Positions 11,281-25,500 of a DNA stretch of 64,000 bases are shown here, in pieces. The position numbers and the translations under genes were made by a program. The notes below the pieces were generated by a model. The model was not told the DNA's origin and did not search any database. It saw only the letters and a list, made by a program, of their open reading frames with translations. The stretch comes from Auanema rhodensis. Its lineage: Eukaryota; Animalia; Nematoda. The DNA lies in the NCBI GenBank assembly GCA_964057225.1, contig OZ059894.1, forward strand, positions 496,001 through 560,000, written 5' to 3'. Position 1 is the first letter of the stretch. Each line of letters starts with the position of its first letter.

Positions 11281-14200
11281 TGTTTTTAGACTAATATGGA
11301 CATGGGGAATCTAATTTTGAAAACCGCATCTCTTTATCTTTCACGTGAAGCGAGTTACATACCAAGTGCACATCACGTGTACATTTAATTAGCATAAATT
11401 AAAGTTCACGTAAATTTCAAAGTCATGGTTACCATGAACCAATATCAATAAAAATTTGTTTTTAGACTAATATGGACATGGGGAATCTAATTTTGAAAAC
11501 CGCATCTCTTTATCTTTCACGTGAAGCAAGTTACATACCAAGTGCACATCACGTGTACATTTAATTAGCATAAATTAAAGTTCACGTAAATTTCAAAGTC
11601 ATGGTTACCATGCACCAATATCAATAAAAATTTGTTTTTAGACTAATATGGACATGGGGAATCTAATTTTGAAAACCGCATCTCTTTATCTTCCACGTGA
11701 AGCGAGTTACATACCAAGTGCACATCACGTGTACATTTAATTAGCATAAATTAAAGTTCACGTAAATTTCAAAGTCATGGTTACCATGAACCAATATCAA
11801 TAAAAATTTGTTTTTAGACTAATATGGACATGGGGAATCTAATTGTGAAAACCGCATCTCTTTATCTTTCACGTGAAGCGAGTTACATACCAAGTGCACA
11901 TCACGTGTACATTTAATTAGCATAAATTAAAGTTCACGTAAATTTCAAAGTCATGGTTACCATGAACCAATATCAATAAAAATTTGTTTTTAGACTAATA
12001 TGGACATGGGGAATCTAATTTTGAAAACCGCATCTCTTTATCTTTCACGTGAAGCGAGTTACATACCAAGTGCACATCACGTGTACATTTAATTAGCATA
12101 AATTAAAGTTCACGTAAATTTCAAAGTCATGGTTACCATGCACCAATATCAATAAAAATTCGTTTTTAGACTAATATGGACATGGGGAATCTAATTTTGA
12201 AAACCGCATCTCTTTATCTTTCACGTGAAGCGAGTTACATACCAAGTGCACATCAGGTGTACATTTAATTAGCATAAATTAAAGTTCACGTAATTTTCAA
12301 AGACATGGTTACCATGAACCAATATCAATAAAAATTTGTTTTTAGACTAATATGGACATGGGGAATCTAATTTTGAAAACCGCATCTCTTTATCTTACAC
12401 GTGAAGCGAGTTACATACCAAGTGCACATCACGTGTACATTTAATTAGCATAAATTAAAGTTCACGTAAATTTCAAAGTCATGGTTACCATGAACCAATA
12501 TCAATAAAAATTTGTTTTTAGACTAATATGGACATGGGGAATCTAATTTTGAAAACCGCATCTCTTTATCTTTCACGTGAAGCAAGTTACATACCAAGTG
12601 CACATCACGTGTACATTTAATTAGCATAAATTAAAGTTCACGTAAATTTCAAAGTCATGGTTACCATGCACCAATATCAATAAAAATTTGTTTTTAGACT
12701 AATATGGACATGGGGAATCTAATTTTGAAAACCGCATCTCTTTATCTTCCACGTGAAGCGAGTTACATACCAAGTGCACATCACGTGTACATTTAATTAG
12801 CATAAATTAAAGTTCACGTAAATTTCAAAGTCATGGTTACCATGAACCAATATCAATAAAAATTTGTTTTTAGACTAATATGGACATGGGGAATCTAATT
12901 TTGAAAACCGCATCTCTTTATCTTTCACGTGAAGCGAGTTATATACCAAGTGCACATCACGTGTACATTTAATTAGCATAAATTAAAGTTCACGTAAATT
13001 TCAAAGTCATGGTTACCATGCACCAATATCAATAAAAATTCGTTTTTAGACTAATATGGACATGGGGAATCTAATTTTGAAAACCGCATCTCTTTATCTT
13101 TCACGTGAAGCGAGTTACATACCAAGTGCACATCAGGTGTACATTTAATTAGCATAAATTAAAGTTCACGTATTTTTCAAAGACATGGTTACCATGAACC
13201 AATATCAATAAAAATTTGTTTTTAGACTAATATGGACATGGGGAATCTAATTTTGAAAACCGCATCTCTTTATCTTACACGTGAAGCGAGTTACATACCA
13301 AGTGCACATCACGTGTACATTTAATTAGCATAAATTAAAGTTCACGTAAATTTCAAAGTCATGGTTACCATGAACCAATATCAATAAAAATTTGTTTTTA
13401 GACTAATATGGACATGGGGAATCTAATTTTGAAAACCGCATCTCTTTATCTTTCACGTGAAGCAAGTTACATACCAAGTGCACATCACGTGTACATTTAA
13501 TTAGCATAAATTAAAGTTCACGTAAATTTCAAAGTCATGGTTACCATGCACCAATATCAATAAAAATTTGTTTTTAGACTAATATGGACATGGGGAATCT
13601 AATTTTGAAAACCGCATCTCTTTATCTTCCACGTGAAGCGAGTTACATACCAAGTGCACATCACGTGTACATTTAATTAGCATAAATTAAAGTTCACGTA
13701 AATTTCAAAGTCATGGTTACCATGAACCAATATCAATAAAAATTTGTTTTTAGACTAATATGGACATGGGGAATCTAATTTTGAAAACCGCATCTCTTTA
13801 TCTTTCACGTGAAGCGAGTTATATACCAAGTGCACATCACGTGTACATTTAATTAGCATAAATTAAAGTTCACGTAAATTTCAAAGTCATGGTTACCATG
13901 CACCAATATCAATAAAAATTCGTTTTTAGACTAATATGGACATGGGGAATCTAATTTTGAAAACCGCATCTCTTTATCTTTCACGTGAAGCGAGTTACAT
14001 ACCAAGTGCACATCAGGTGTACATTTAATTAGCATAAATTAAAGTTCACGTATTTTTCAAAGACATGGTTACCATGAACCAATATCAATAAAAATTTGTT
14101 TTTAGACTAATATGGACATGGGGAATCTAATTTTGAAAACCGCATCTCTTTATCTTACACGTGAAGCGAGTTACATACCAAGTGCACATCACGTGTACAT

Positions 14201-15504
14201 TTAATTAGCATAAATTAAAGTTCACGTAAATTTCAAAGTCATGGTTACCATGAACCAATATCAATAAAAATTTGTTTTTAGACTAATATGGACATGGGGA
14301 ATCTAATTTTGAAAACCGCATCTCTTTATCTTTCACGTGAAGCAAGTTACATACCAAGTGCACATCACGTGTACATTTAATTAGCATAAATTAAAGTTCA
14401 CGTAAATTTCAAAGTCATGGTTACCATGCACCAATATCAATAAAAATTTGTTTTTAGACTAATATGGACATGGGGAATCTAATTTTGAAAACCGCATCTC
14501 TTTATCTTTCACGTGAAGCGAGTTACATACCAAGTGCACATCACGTGTACATTTAATTAGCATAAATTAAAGTTCACGTATTTTTCAAAGACATGGTTAC
14601 CATGAACCAATATCAATAAAAATTTGTTTTTAGACTAATATGGACATGGGGAATCTAATTTTGAAAACCGCATCTCTTTATCTTACACGTGAAGCGAGTT
14701 ACATACCAAGTGCACATCACGTGTACATTTAATTAGCATAAATTAAAGTTCACGTAAATTTCAAAGTCATGGTTACCATGAACCAATATCAATAAAAATT
14801 TGTTTTTAGACTAATATGGACATGGGGAATCTAATTTTGAAAACCGCATCTCTTTATCTTTCACGTGAAGCAAGTTACATACCAAGTGCACATCACGTGT
14901 ACATTTAATTAGCATAAATTAAAGTTCACGTAAATTTCAAAGTCATGGTTACCATGCACCAATATCAATAAAAATTTGTTTTTAGACTAATATGGACATG
15001 GGGAATCTAATTTTGAAAACCGCATCTCTTTATCTTTCACGTGAAGCGAGTTACATACCAAGTGCACATCACGTGTACATTTAATTAGCATAAATTAAAG
15101 TTCACGTAAATTTCAAAGTCATGGTTACCATGAACCAATATCAATAAAAATTTGTTTTTAGACTAATATGGACATGGGGAATCTAATTTTGAAAACCGCA
15201 TCTCTTTATCTTTCACGTGAAGCGAGTTACATACCAAGTGCACATCACGTGTACATTTAATTAGCATAAATTAAAGTTCACGTAAATTTCAAAGTCATGG
15301 TTACCATGAACCAATATCAATAAAAATTTGTTTTTAGACTAATATGTACATGGGGAATCTAATTTTGAAAACCGCATCTCTTTATCTGTCACGTGAAGCG
15401 AGTTACATACCAAGTGCACATCACGTGTACATTTAATTAGCATAAATTAAAGTTCACGTAAATTTCAAAGTCATGGTTACCATGCACCAATATCAATAAA
15501 AATT

Positions 15505-16560
15505 TGTTTTTAGACTAATATGGACATGGGGAATCTAATTTTGAAAACCGCATCTCTTTATCTTTCACGTGAAGCTAGTTACATACCAAGTGCACATCAC
15601 GTGTACATTTAATTAGCATAAATTGAAGTTCACGTAAATTTCAAAGTCATGGTTACCATGCACCAATATCAATAACAATTTGTTTTTAGACTAATATGGA
15701 CATGGGGAATCTAATTTTGAAAACCGCATCTCTTTATCTTTCACGTGAAGCGAGTTACATACCAAGTGCACATCACGTGTACATTTAATTAGCATAAATT
15801 AAAGTTCACGTAAATTTCAAAGTCATGGTTACCATGCACCAATATCAATAAAAATTTGTTTTTAGACTAATATGGACATGGGGAATCTAATTTTGAAAAC
15901 CGCATCTCTTTATCTTTCACGTGAAGCGAGTTACATACCAAGTGCACATCACGTGTACATTTAATTAGCATAAATTAAAGTTCACGTAAATTTCAAAATC
16001 ATGGTTACCATGCACCAATATCAATAAAAATTTGTTTTTAGACTAATATGGACATGGGGAATCTAATTTTGAAAACCGCATCTCTTTATCTTTCACGTGA
16101 AGCTAGTTACATACCAAGTGCACATCACGTGTACATTTAATTAGCATAAATTGAAGTTCACGTAAATTTCAAAGTCATGGTTACCATGCACCAATATCAA
16201 TAACAATTTGTTTTTAGACTAATATGGACATGGGGAATCTAATTTTGAAAACCGCATCTCTTTATCTTTCACGTGAAGCGAGTTACATACCAAGTGCACA
16301 TCACGTGTACATTTAATTAGCATAAATTAAAGTTCACGTAAATTTCAAAGTCATGGTTACCATGCACCAATATCAATAAAAATTTGTTTTTAGACTAATA
16401 TGGACATGGGGAATCTAATTTTGAAAACCGCATCTCTTTATCTTTCACGTGAAGCGAGTTACATACCAAGTGCACATCACGTGTACATTTAATTAGCATA
16501 AATTAAAGTTCACGTAAATTTCAAAATCATGGTTACCATGCACCAATATCAATAAAAATT
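15505..16560 (+). repeat. 3-monomer (528-bp) tandem duplication
   Basis: gctag, ttgaag, taacaa and aaatcat recur at +528 (e.g. 15576/16104). Confidence 0.88.
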
Positions 16561-19500
16561 TGTTTTTAGACTAATATGGACATGGGGAATCTAATTTTGA
16601 AAACCGCATCTCTTTATCTTCCACGTGAAGCGAGTTACATACCAAGTGCACATCACGTGTACATTTAATTAGCATAAATTAAAGTTCACGTAAATTTCAA
16701 AGTCATGGTTACCATGAACCAATATCAATAAAAATTTGTTTTTAGACTAATATGGACATGGGGAATCTAATTTTGAAAACCGCATCTCTTTATCTTTCAC
16801 GTGAAGCGAGTTACATACCAAGTGCACATCACGTGTACATTTAATTAGCATAAATTAAAGTTCACGTAAATTTCAAAGTCATGGTTACCATGAACCAATA
16901 TCAATAAAAATTTGTTTTTAGACTAATATGGACATGGGGAATCTAATTTTGAAAACCGCATCTCTTTATCTTTCACGTGAAGCGAGTTACATACCAAGTG
17001 CACATCACGTGTACATTTAATTAGCATAAATTAAAGTTCACGTAAATTTCAAAGTCATGGTTACCATGCACCAATATCAATAAAAATTCGTTTTTAGACT
17101 AATATGGACATGGGGAATCTAATTTTGAAAACCGCATCTCTTTATCTTTCACGTGAAGCGAGTTACATACCAAGTGCACATCAGGTGTACATTTAATTAG
17201 CATAAATTAAAGTTCACGTAAATTTCAAAGTCATGGTTACCATGCACCAATATCAATAAAAATTTGTTTTTAGACTAATATGGACATGGGGAATCTAATT
17301 TTGAAAACCGCATCTCTTTATCTTCCACGTGAAGCGAGTTACATACCAAGTGCACATCACGTGTACATTTAATTAGCATAAATTAAAGTTCACGTAAATT
17401 TCAAAGTCATGGTTACCATGAACCAATATCAATAAAAATTTGTTTTTAGACTAATATGGACATGGGGAATCTAATTTTGAAAACCGCATCTCTTTATCTT
17501 TCACGTGAAGCGAGTTACATACCAAGTGCACATCACGTGTACATTTAATTAGCATAAATTAAAGTTCACGTAAATTTCAAAATCATGGTTATCATGAACC
17601 AATATCAATAAAAATTTGTTTTTGGACTAATATGGACATGGGGAATCTAATTTTGAAAACCGCATCTCTTTATCTTTCACGTGAAGCGAGTTACATACCA
17701 AGTGCACATCAGGTGTACATTTAATTAGCATAAATTAAAGTTCACGTAATTTTCAAAGACATGGTTACCATGAACCAATATCAATAAAAATTTGTTTTTA
17801 GACTAATATGGACATGGGGAATCTAATTTTGAAAACCGCATCTCTTTATCTTACACGTGAAGCGAGTTACATACCAAGTGCACATCACGTGTACATTTAA
17901 TTAGCATAAATTAAAGTTCACGTAAATTTCAAAGTCATGGTTACCATGAACCAATATCAATAAAAATTTGTTTTTAGACTAATATGGACATGGGGAATCT
18001 AATTTTGAAAACCGCATCTCTTTATCTTTCACGTGAAGCAAGTTACATACCAAGTGCACATCACGTGTACATTTAATTAGCATAAATTAAAGTTCACGTA
18101 AATTTCAAAGTCATGGTTACCATGCACCAATATCAATAAAAATTTGTTTTTAGACTAATATGGACATGGGGAATCTAATTTTGAAAACCGCATCTCTTTA
18201 TCTTCCACGTGAAGCGAGTTACATACCAAGTGCACATCATGTGTACATTTAATTAGCATAAATTAAAGTTCACGTAAATTTCAAAGTCATGGTTACCATG
18301 AACCAATATCAATAAAAATTTGTTTTTAGACTAATATGGATATGGGGAATCTAATTTTGAAAACCGCATCTCTTTATCTTTCACGTGAAGCGAGTTATAT
18401 ACCAAGTGCACATCACGTGTACATTTAATTAGCATAAATTAAAGTTCACGTAAATTTCAAAGTCATGGTTACCATGCACCAATATCAATAAAAATTCGTT
18501 TTTAGACTAATATGGACATGGGGAATCTAATTTTGAAAACCGCATCTCTTTATCTTTCACGTGAAGCGAGTTACATACCAAGTGCACATCAGGTGTACAT
18601 TTAATTAGCATAAATTAAAGTTCACGTATTTTTCAAAGACATGGTTACCATGAACCAATATCAATAAAAATTTGTTTTTAGACTAATATGGACATGGGGA
18701 ATCTAATTTTGAAAACCGCATCTCTTTATCTTACACGTGAAGCGAGTTACATACCAAGTGCACATCACGTGTACATTTAATTAGCATAAATTAAAGTTCA
18801 CGTAAATTTCAAAGTCATGGTTACCATGAACCAATATCAATAAAAATTTGTTTTTAGACTAATATGGACATGGGGAATCTAATTTTGAAAACCGCATCTC
18901 TTTATCTTTCACGTGAAGCAAGTTACATACCAAGTGCACATCACGTGTACATTTAATTAGCATAAATTAAAGTTCACGTAAATTTCAAAGTCATGGTTAC
19001 CATGCACCAATATCAATAAAAATTTGTTTTTAGACTAATATGGACATGGGGAATCTAATTTTGAAAACCGCATCTCTTTATCTTTCACGTGAAGCGAGTT
19101 ACATACCAAGTGCACATCACGTGTACATTTAATTAGCATAAATTAAAGTTCACGTAAATTTCAAAGTCATGGTTACCATGAACCAATATCAATAAAAATT
19201 TGTTTTTAGACTAATATGGACATGGGGAATCTAATTTTGAAAACCGCATCTCTTTATCTTTCACGTGAAGCGAGTTACATACCAAGTGCACATCACGTGT
19301 ACATTTAATTAGCATAAATTAAAGTTCACGTAAATTTCAAAGTCATGGTTACCATGAACCAATATCAATAAAAATTTGTTTTTAGACTAATATGTACATG
19401 GGGAATCTAATTTTGAAAACCGCATCTCTTTATCTGTCACGTGAAGCAAGTTACATACCAAGTGCACATCACGTGTACATTTAATTAGCATAAATTAAAG

Positions 19501-22500
19501 TTCACGTAAATTTCAAAGTCATGGTTACCATGCACCAATATCAATAAAAATTTGTTTTTAGACTAATATGGACATGGGGAATCTAATTTTGAAAACCGCA
19601 TCTCTTTATCTTTCACGTGAAGCTAGTTACATACCAAGTGCACATCACGTGTACATTTAATTAGCATAAATTGAAGTTCACGTAAATTTCAAAGTCATGG
19701 TTACCATGCACCAATATCAATAACAATTTGTTTTTAGACTAATATGGACATGGGGAATCTAATTTTGAAAACCGCATCTCTTTATCTTTCACGTGAAGCG
19801 AGTTACATACCAAGTGCACATCACGTGTACATTTAATTAGCATAAATTAAAGTTCACGTAAATTTCAAAGTCATGGTTACCATGCACCAATATCAATAAA
19901 AATTTGTTTTTAGACTAATATGGACATGGGGAATCTAATTTTGAAAACCGCATCTCTTTATCTTTCACGTGAAGCGAGTTACATACCAAGTGCACATCAC
20001 GTGTACATTTAATTAGCATAAATTAAAGTTCACGTAAATTTCAAAATCATGGTTACCATGCACCAATATCAATAAAAATTTGTTTTTAGACTAATATGGA
20101 CATGGGGAATCTAATTTTGAAAACCGCATCTCTTTATCTTCCACGTGAAGCGAGTTACATACCAAGTGCACATCACGTGTACATTTAATTAGCATAAATT
20201 AAAGTTCACGTAAATTTCAAAGTCATGGTTACCATGAACCAATATCAATAAAAATTTGTTTTTAGACTAATATGGACATGGGGAATCTAATTTTGAAAAC
20301 CGCATCTCTTTATCTTTCACGTGAAGCGAGTTACATACCAAGTGCACATCACGTGTACATTTAATTAGCATAAATTAAAGTTCACGTAAATTTCAAAGTC
20401 ATGGTTACCATGAACCAATATCAATAAAAATTTGTTTTTAGACTAATATGGACATGGGGAATCTAATTTTGAAAACCGCATCTCTTTATCTTTCACGTGA
20501 AGCGAGTTACATACCAAGTGCACATCACGTGTACATTTAATTAGCATAAATTAAAGTTCACGTAAATTTCAAAGTCATGGTTACCATGCACCAATATCAA
20601 TAAAAATTCGTTTTTAGACTAATATGGACATGGGGAATCTAATTTTGAAAACCGCATCTCTTTATCTTTCACGTGAAGCGAGTTACATACCAAGTGCACA
20701 TCACGTGTACATTTAATTAGCATAAATTAAAGTTCACGTAAATTTCAAAGTCATGGTTACCATGCACCAATATCAATAAAAATTCGTTTTTAGACTAATA
20801 TGGACATGGGGAATCTAATTTTGAAAACCGCATCTCTTTATCTTTCACGTGAAGCGAGTTACATACCAAGTGCACATCAGGTGTACATTTAATTAGCATA
20901 AATTAAAGTTCACGTAATTTTCAAAGACATGGTTACCATGAACCAATATCAATAAAAATTTGTTTTTAGACTAATATGGACATGGGGAATCTAATTTTGA
21001 AAACCGCATCTCTTTATCTTACACGTGAAGCGAGTTACATACCAAGTGCACATCACGTGTACATTTAATTAGCATAAATTAAAGTTCACGTAAATTTCAA
21101 AGACATGGTTACCATGAACCAATATCAATAAAAATTTGTTTTTAGACTAATATGGACATGGGGAATCTAATTTTGAAAACCGCATCTCTTTATCTTACAC
21201 GTGAAGCGAGTTACATACCAAGTGCACATCACGTGTACATTTAATTAGCATAAATTAAAGTTCACGTAAATTTCAAAGTCATGGTTACCATGAACCAATA
21301 TCAATAAAAATTTGTTTTTAGACTAATATGGACATGGGGAATCTAATTTTGAAAACCGCATCTCTTTATCTTTCACGTGAAGCGAGTTACATACCAAGTG
21401 CACATCAGGTGTACATTTAATTAGCATAAATTAAAGTTCACGTAATTTTCAAAGACATGGTTACCATGAACCAATATCAATAAAAATTTGTTTTTAGACT
21501 AATATGGACATGGGGAATCTAATTTTGAAAACCGCATCTCTTTATCTTTCACGTGAAGCAAGTTACATACCAAGTGCACATCACGTGTACATTTAATTAG
21601 CATAAATTAAAGTTCACGTAAATTTCAAAGTCATGGTTACCATGCACCAATATCAATAAAAATTTGTTTTTAGACTAATATGGACATGGGGAATCTAATT
21701 TTGAAAACCGCATCTCTTTATCTTTCACGTGAAGCGAGTTACATACCAAGTGCACATCACGTGTACATTTAATTAGCATAAATTAAAGTTCACGTAAATT
21801 TCAAAGTCATGGTTACCATGAACCAATATCAATAAAAATTTGTTTTTAGACTAATATGGACATGGGGAATCTAATTTTGAAAACCGCATCTCTTTATCTT
21901 TCACGTGAAGCGAGTTACATACCAAGTGCACATCACGTGTACATTTAATTAGCATAAATTAAAGTTCACGTAAATTTCAAAGTCATGGTTACCATGAACC
22001 AATATCAATAAAAATTTGTTTTTAGACTAATATGGACATGGGGAATCTAATTTTGAAAACCGCATCTCTTTATCTTTCACGTGAAGCGAGTTACATACCA
22101 AGTGCACATCACGTGTACATTTAATTAGCATAAATTAAAGTTCACGTAAATTTCAAAGTCATGGTTACCATGCACCAATATCAATAAAAATTTGTTTTTA
22201 GACTAATATGGACATGGGGAATCTAATTTTGAAAACCGCATCTCTTTATCTTTCACGTGAAGCGAGTTACATACCAAGTGCACATCACGTGTACATTTAA
22301 TTAGCATAAATTAAAGTTCACGTAAATTTCAAAATCATGGTTACCATGAACCAATATCAATGAAAATTTGTTTTTAGACTAATATGGACATGGGGAATCT
22401 AATTTTGAAAACCGCATCTCTTTATCTTTCACGTGAAGCAAGTTACATACCAAGTGCACATCACGTGTACATTTAATTAGCATAAATTAAAGTTCACGTA

Positions 22501-25500
22501 AATTTCAAAGTCATGGTTACCATGCACCAATATCAATAAAAATTTGTTTTTAGACTAATATGGACATGGGGAATCAAATTTTGAAAACCGCATCTCTTTA
22601 TCTTTCACGTGAAGCGAGTTACATACGAAGTGCACATCACGTGTACATTTAATTAGCATAAATTAAAGTTCACGTAAATTTCAAAGTCATGGTTACCATG
22701 CACCAATATCAATAAAAATTCGTTTTTAGACTAATATGGACATGGGGAATCTAATTTTGAAAACCGCATCTCTTTATCTTTCACGTGAAGCGAGTTACAT
22801 ACCAAGTGCACATCAGGTGTACATTTAATTAGCATAAATTAAAGTTCACGTAATTTTCAAAGACATGGTTACCATGAACCAATATCAATAAAAATTTGTT
22901 TTTAGACTAATATGGACATGGGGAATCTAATTTTGAAAACCGCATCTCTTTATCTTACACGTGAAGCGAGTTACATACCAAGTGCACATCACGTGTACAT
23001 TTAATTAGCATAAATTAAAGTTCACGTAAATTTCAAAGTCATGGTTACCATGAACCAATATCAATAAAAATTTGTTTTTAGACTAATATGGACATGGGGA
23101 ATCTAATTTTGAAAACCGCATCTCTTTATCTTTCACGTGAAGCGAGTTACATACCAAGTGCACATCAGGTGTACATTTAATTAGCATAAATTAAAGTTCA
23201 CGTAATTTTCAAAGACATGGTTACCATGAACCAATATCAATAAAAATTTGTTTTTAGACTAATATGGACATGGAGAATCTAATTTTGAAAACCGCATCTC
23301 TTTATCTTTCACGTGAAGCGAGTTACATACCAAGTGCACATCACGTGTACATTTAATTAGCATAAATTAAAGTTCACGTAAATTTCAAAGTCATGGTTAC
23401 CATGAACCAATATCAATAAAAATTTGTTTTTAGACTAATATGGACATGGGGAATCTAATTTTGAAAACCGCATCTCTTTATCTTTCACGTGAAGCGAGTT
23501 ACATACCAAGTGCACATCACGTGTACATTTAATTAGCATAAATTAAAGTTCACGTAAATTTCAAAGTCATGGTTACCATGAACCAATATCAATAAAAATT
23601 TGTTTTTAGACTAATATGTACATGGGGAATCTAATTTTGAAAACCGCATCTCTTTTTCTGTCACGTGAAGCAAGTTACATACCAAGTGCACATCACGTGT
23701 ACATTTAATTAGCATAAATTAAAGTTCACGTAAATTTCAAAGTCATGGTTACCATGCACCAATATCAATAAAAATTTGTTTTTAGACTAATATGGACATG
23801 GGAAATCTAATTTTGAAAACCGCATCTCTTTATCTTTCACGTGAAGCTAGTTACATACCAAGTGCACATCACGTGTACATTTAATTAGCATAAATTGAAG
23901 TTCACGTAAATTTCAAAGTCATGGTTACCATGCACCAATATCAATAACAATTTGTTTCTAGACTAATATGGACATGGGGAATCTAATTTTGAAAACCGCA
24001 TCTCTTTATCTTTCACGTGAAGCGAGTTACATACCAAGTGCACATCACGTGTACATTTAATTAGCATAAATTAAAGTTCACGTAAATTTCAAAGTCATGG
24101 TTACCATGCACCAATATCAATAAAAATTTGTTTTTAGACTAATATGGACATGGGGAATCTAATTTTGAAAACCGCATCTCTTTATCTTTCACGTGAAGCG
24201 AGTTACATACCAAGTGCACATCACGTGTACATTTAATTAGCATAAATTAAAGTTCACGTAAATTTCAAAGTCATGGTTACCATGCACCAATATCAATAAA
24301 AATTTGTTTTTAGACTAATATGGACATGGGTAATCTAATTTTGAAAACCGCATCTCTTTATCTTTCACGTGAAGCGAGTTACATACCAAGTGCACATCAG
24401 GTGTACATTTAATTAGCATAAATTAAAGTTCACGTAATTTTCAAAGACATGGTTACCATGAACCAATATCAATAAAAATTTGTTTTTAGACTAATATGGA
24501 CATGGGGAATCTAATTTTGAAAACCGCATCTCTTTATCTTTCACGTGAAGCGAGTTACATACCAAGTGCACATCACGTGTACATTTAATTAGCATAAATT
24601 AAAGTTCACGTAAATTTCAAAGTCATGGTTACCATGAACCAATATCAATAAAAATTTGTTTTTAGACTAATATGGACATGGGGAATCTAATTTTGAAAAC
24701 CGCATCTCTTTATCTTTCACGTGAAGCAAGTTACATACCAAGTGCACATCACGTGTACATTTAATTAGCATAAATTAAAGTTCACGTAAATTTCAAAGTC
24801 ATGGTTACCATGCACCAATATCAATAAAAATTTGTTTTTAGACTAATATGGACATGGGGAATCTAATTTTGAAAACCGCATCTCTTTATCTTTCACGTGA
24901 AGCGAGTTACATACCAAGTGCACATCACGTGTACATTTAATTAGCATAAATTAAAGTTCACGTAAATTTCAAAGTCATGGTTACCATGAACCAATATCAA
25001 TAAAAATTTGTTTTTAGACTAATATGGACATGGGGAATCTAATTTTGAAAACCGCATCTCTTTATCTTTCACGTGAAGCAAGTTACATACCAAGTGCACA
25101 TCACGTGTACATTTAATTAGCATAAATTAAAGTTCACGTAAATTTCAAAGTCATGGTTACCATGCACCAATATCAATAAAAATTCGTTTTTAGACTAATA
25201 TGGACATGGGGAATCTAATTTTGAAAACCGCATCTCTTTATCTTTCACGTGAAGCGAGTTACATACCAAGTGCACATCAGGTGTACATTTAATTAGCATA
25301 AATTAAAGTTCACGTAATTTTCAAAGACATGGTTACCATGAACCAATATCAATAAAAATTTGTTTTTAGACTAATATGGACATGGGGAATCTAATTTTGA
25401 AAACCGCATCTCTTTATCTTACACGTGAAGCGAGTTACATACCAAGTGCACATCACGTGTACATTTAATTAGCATAAATTAAAGTTCACGTAATTTTCAA

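Larger units (their letters stand above)
6691..15504 (+). repeat. 22-monomer higher-order duplication; second copy expanded to 27 monomers by a nested 5-mer duplication
   Basis: Variant order in 6691-10657 is repeated in 10658-15504. An extra 880-bp block makes 12513-13392 match 13393-14272. Confidence 0.9.
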
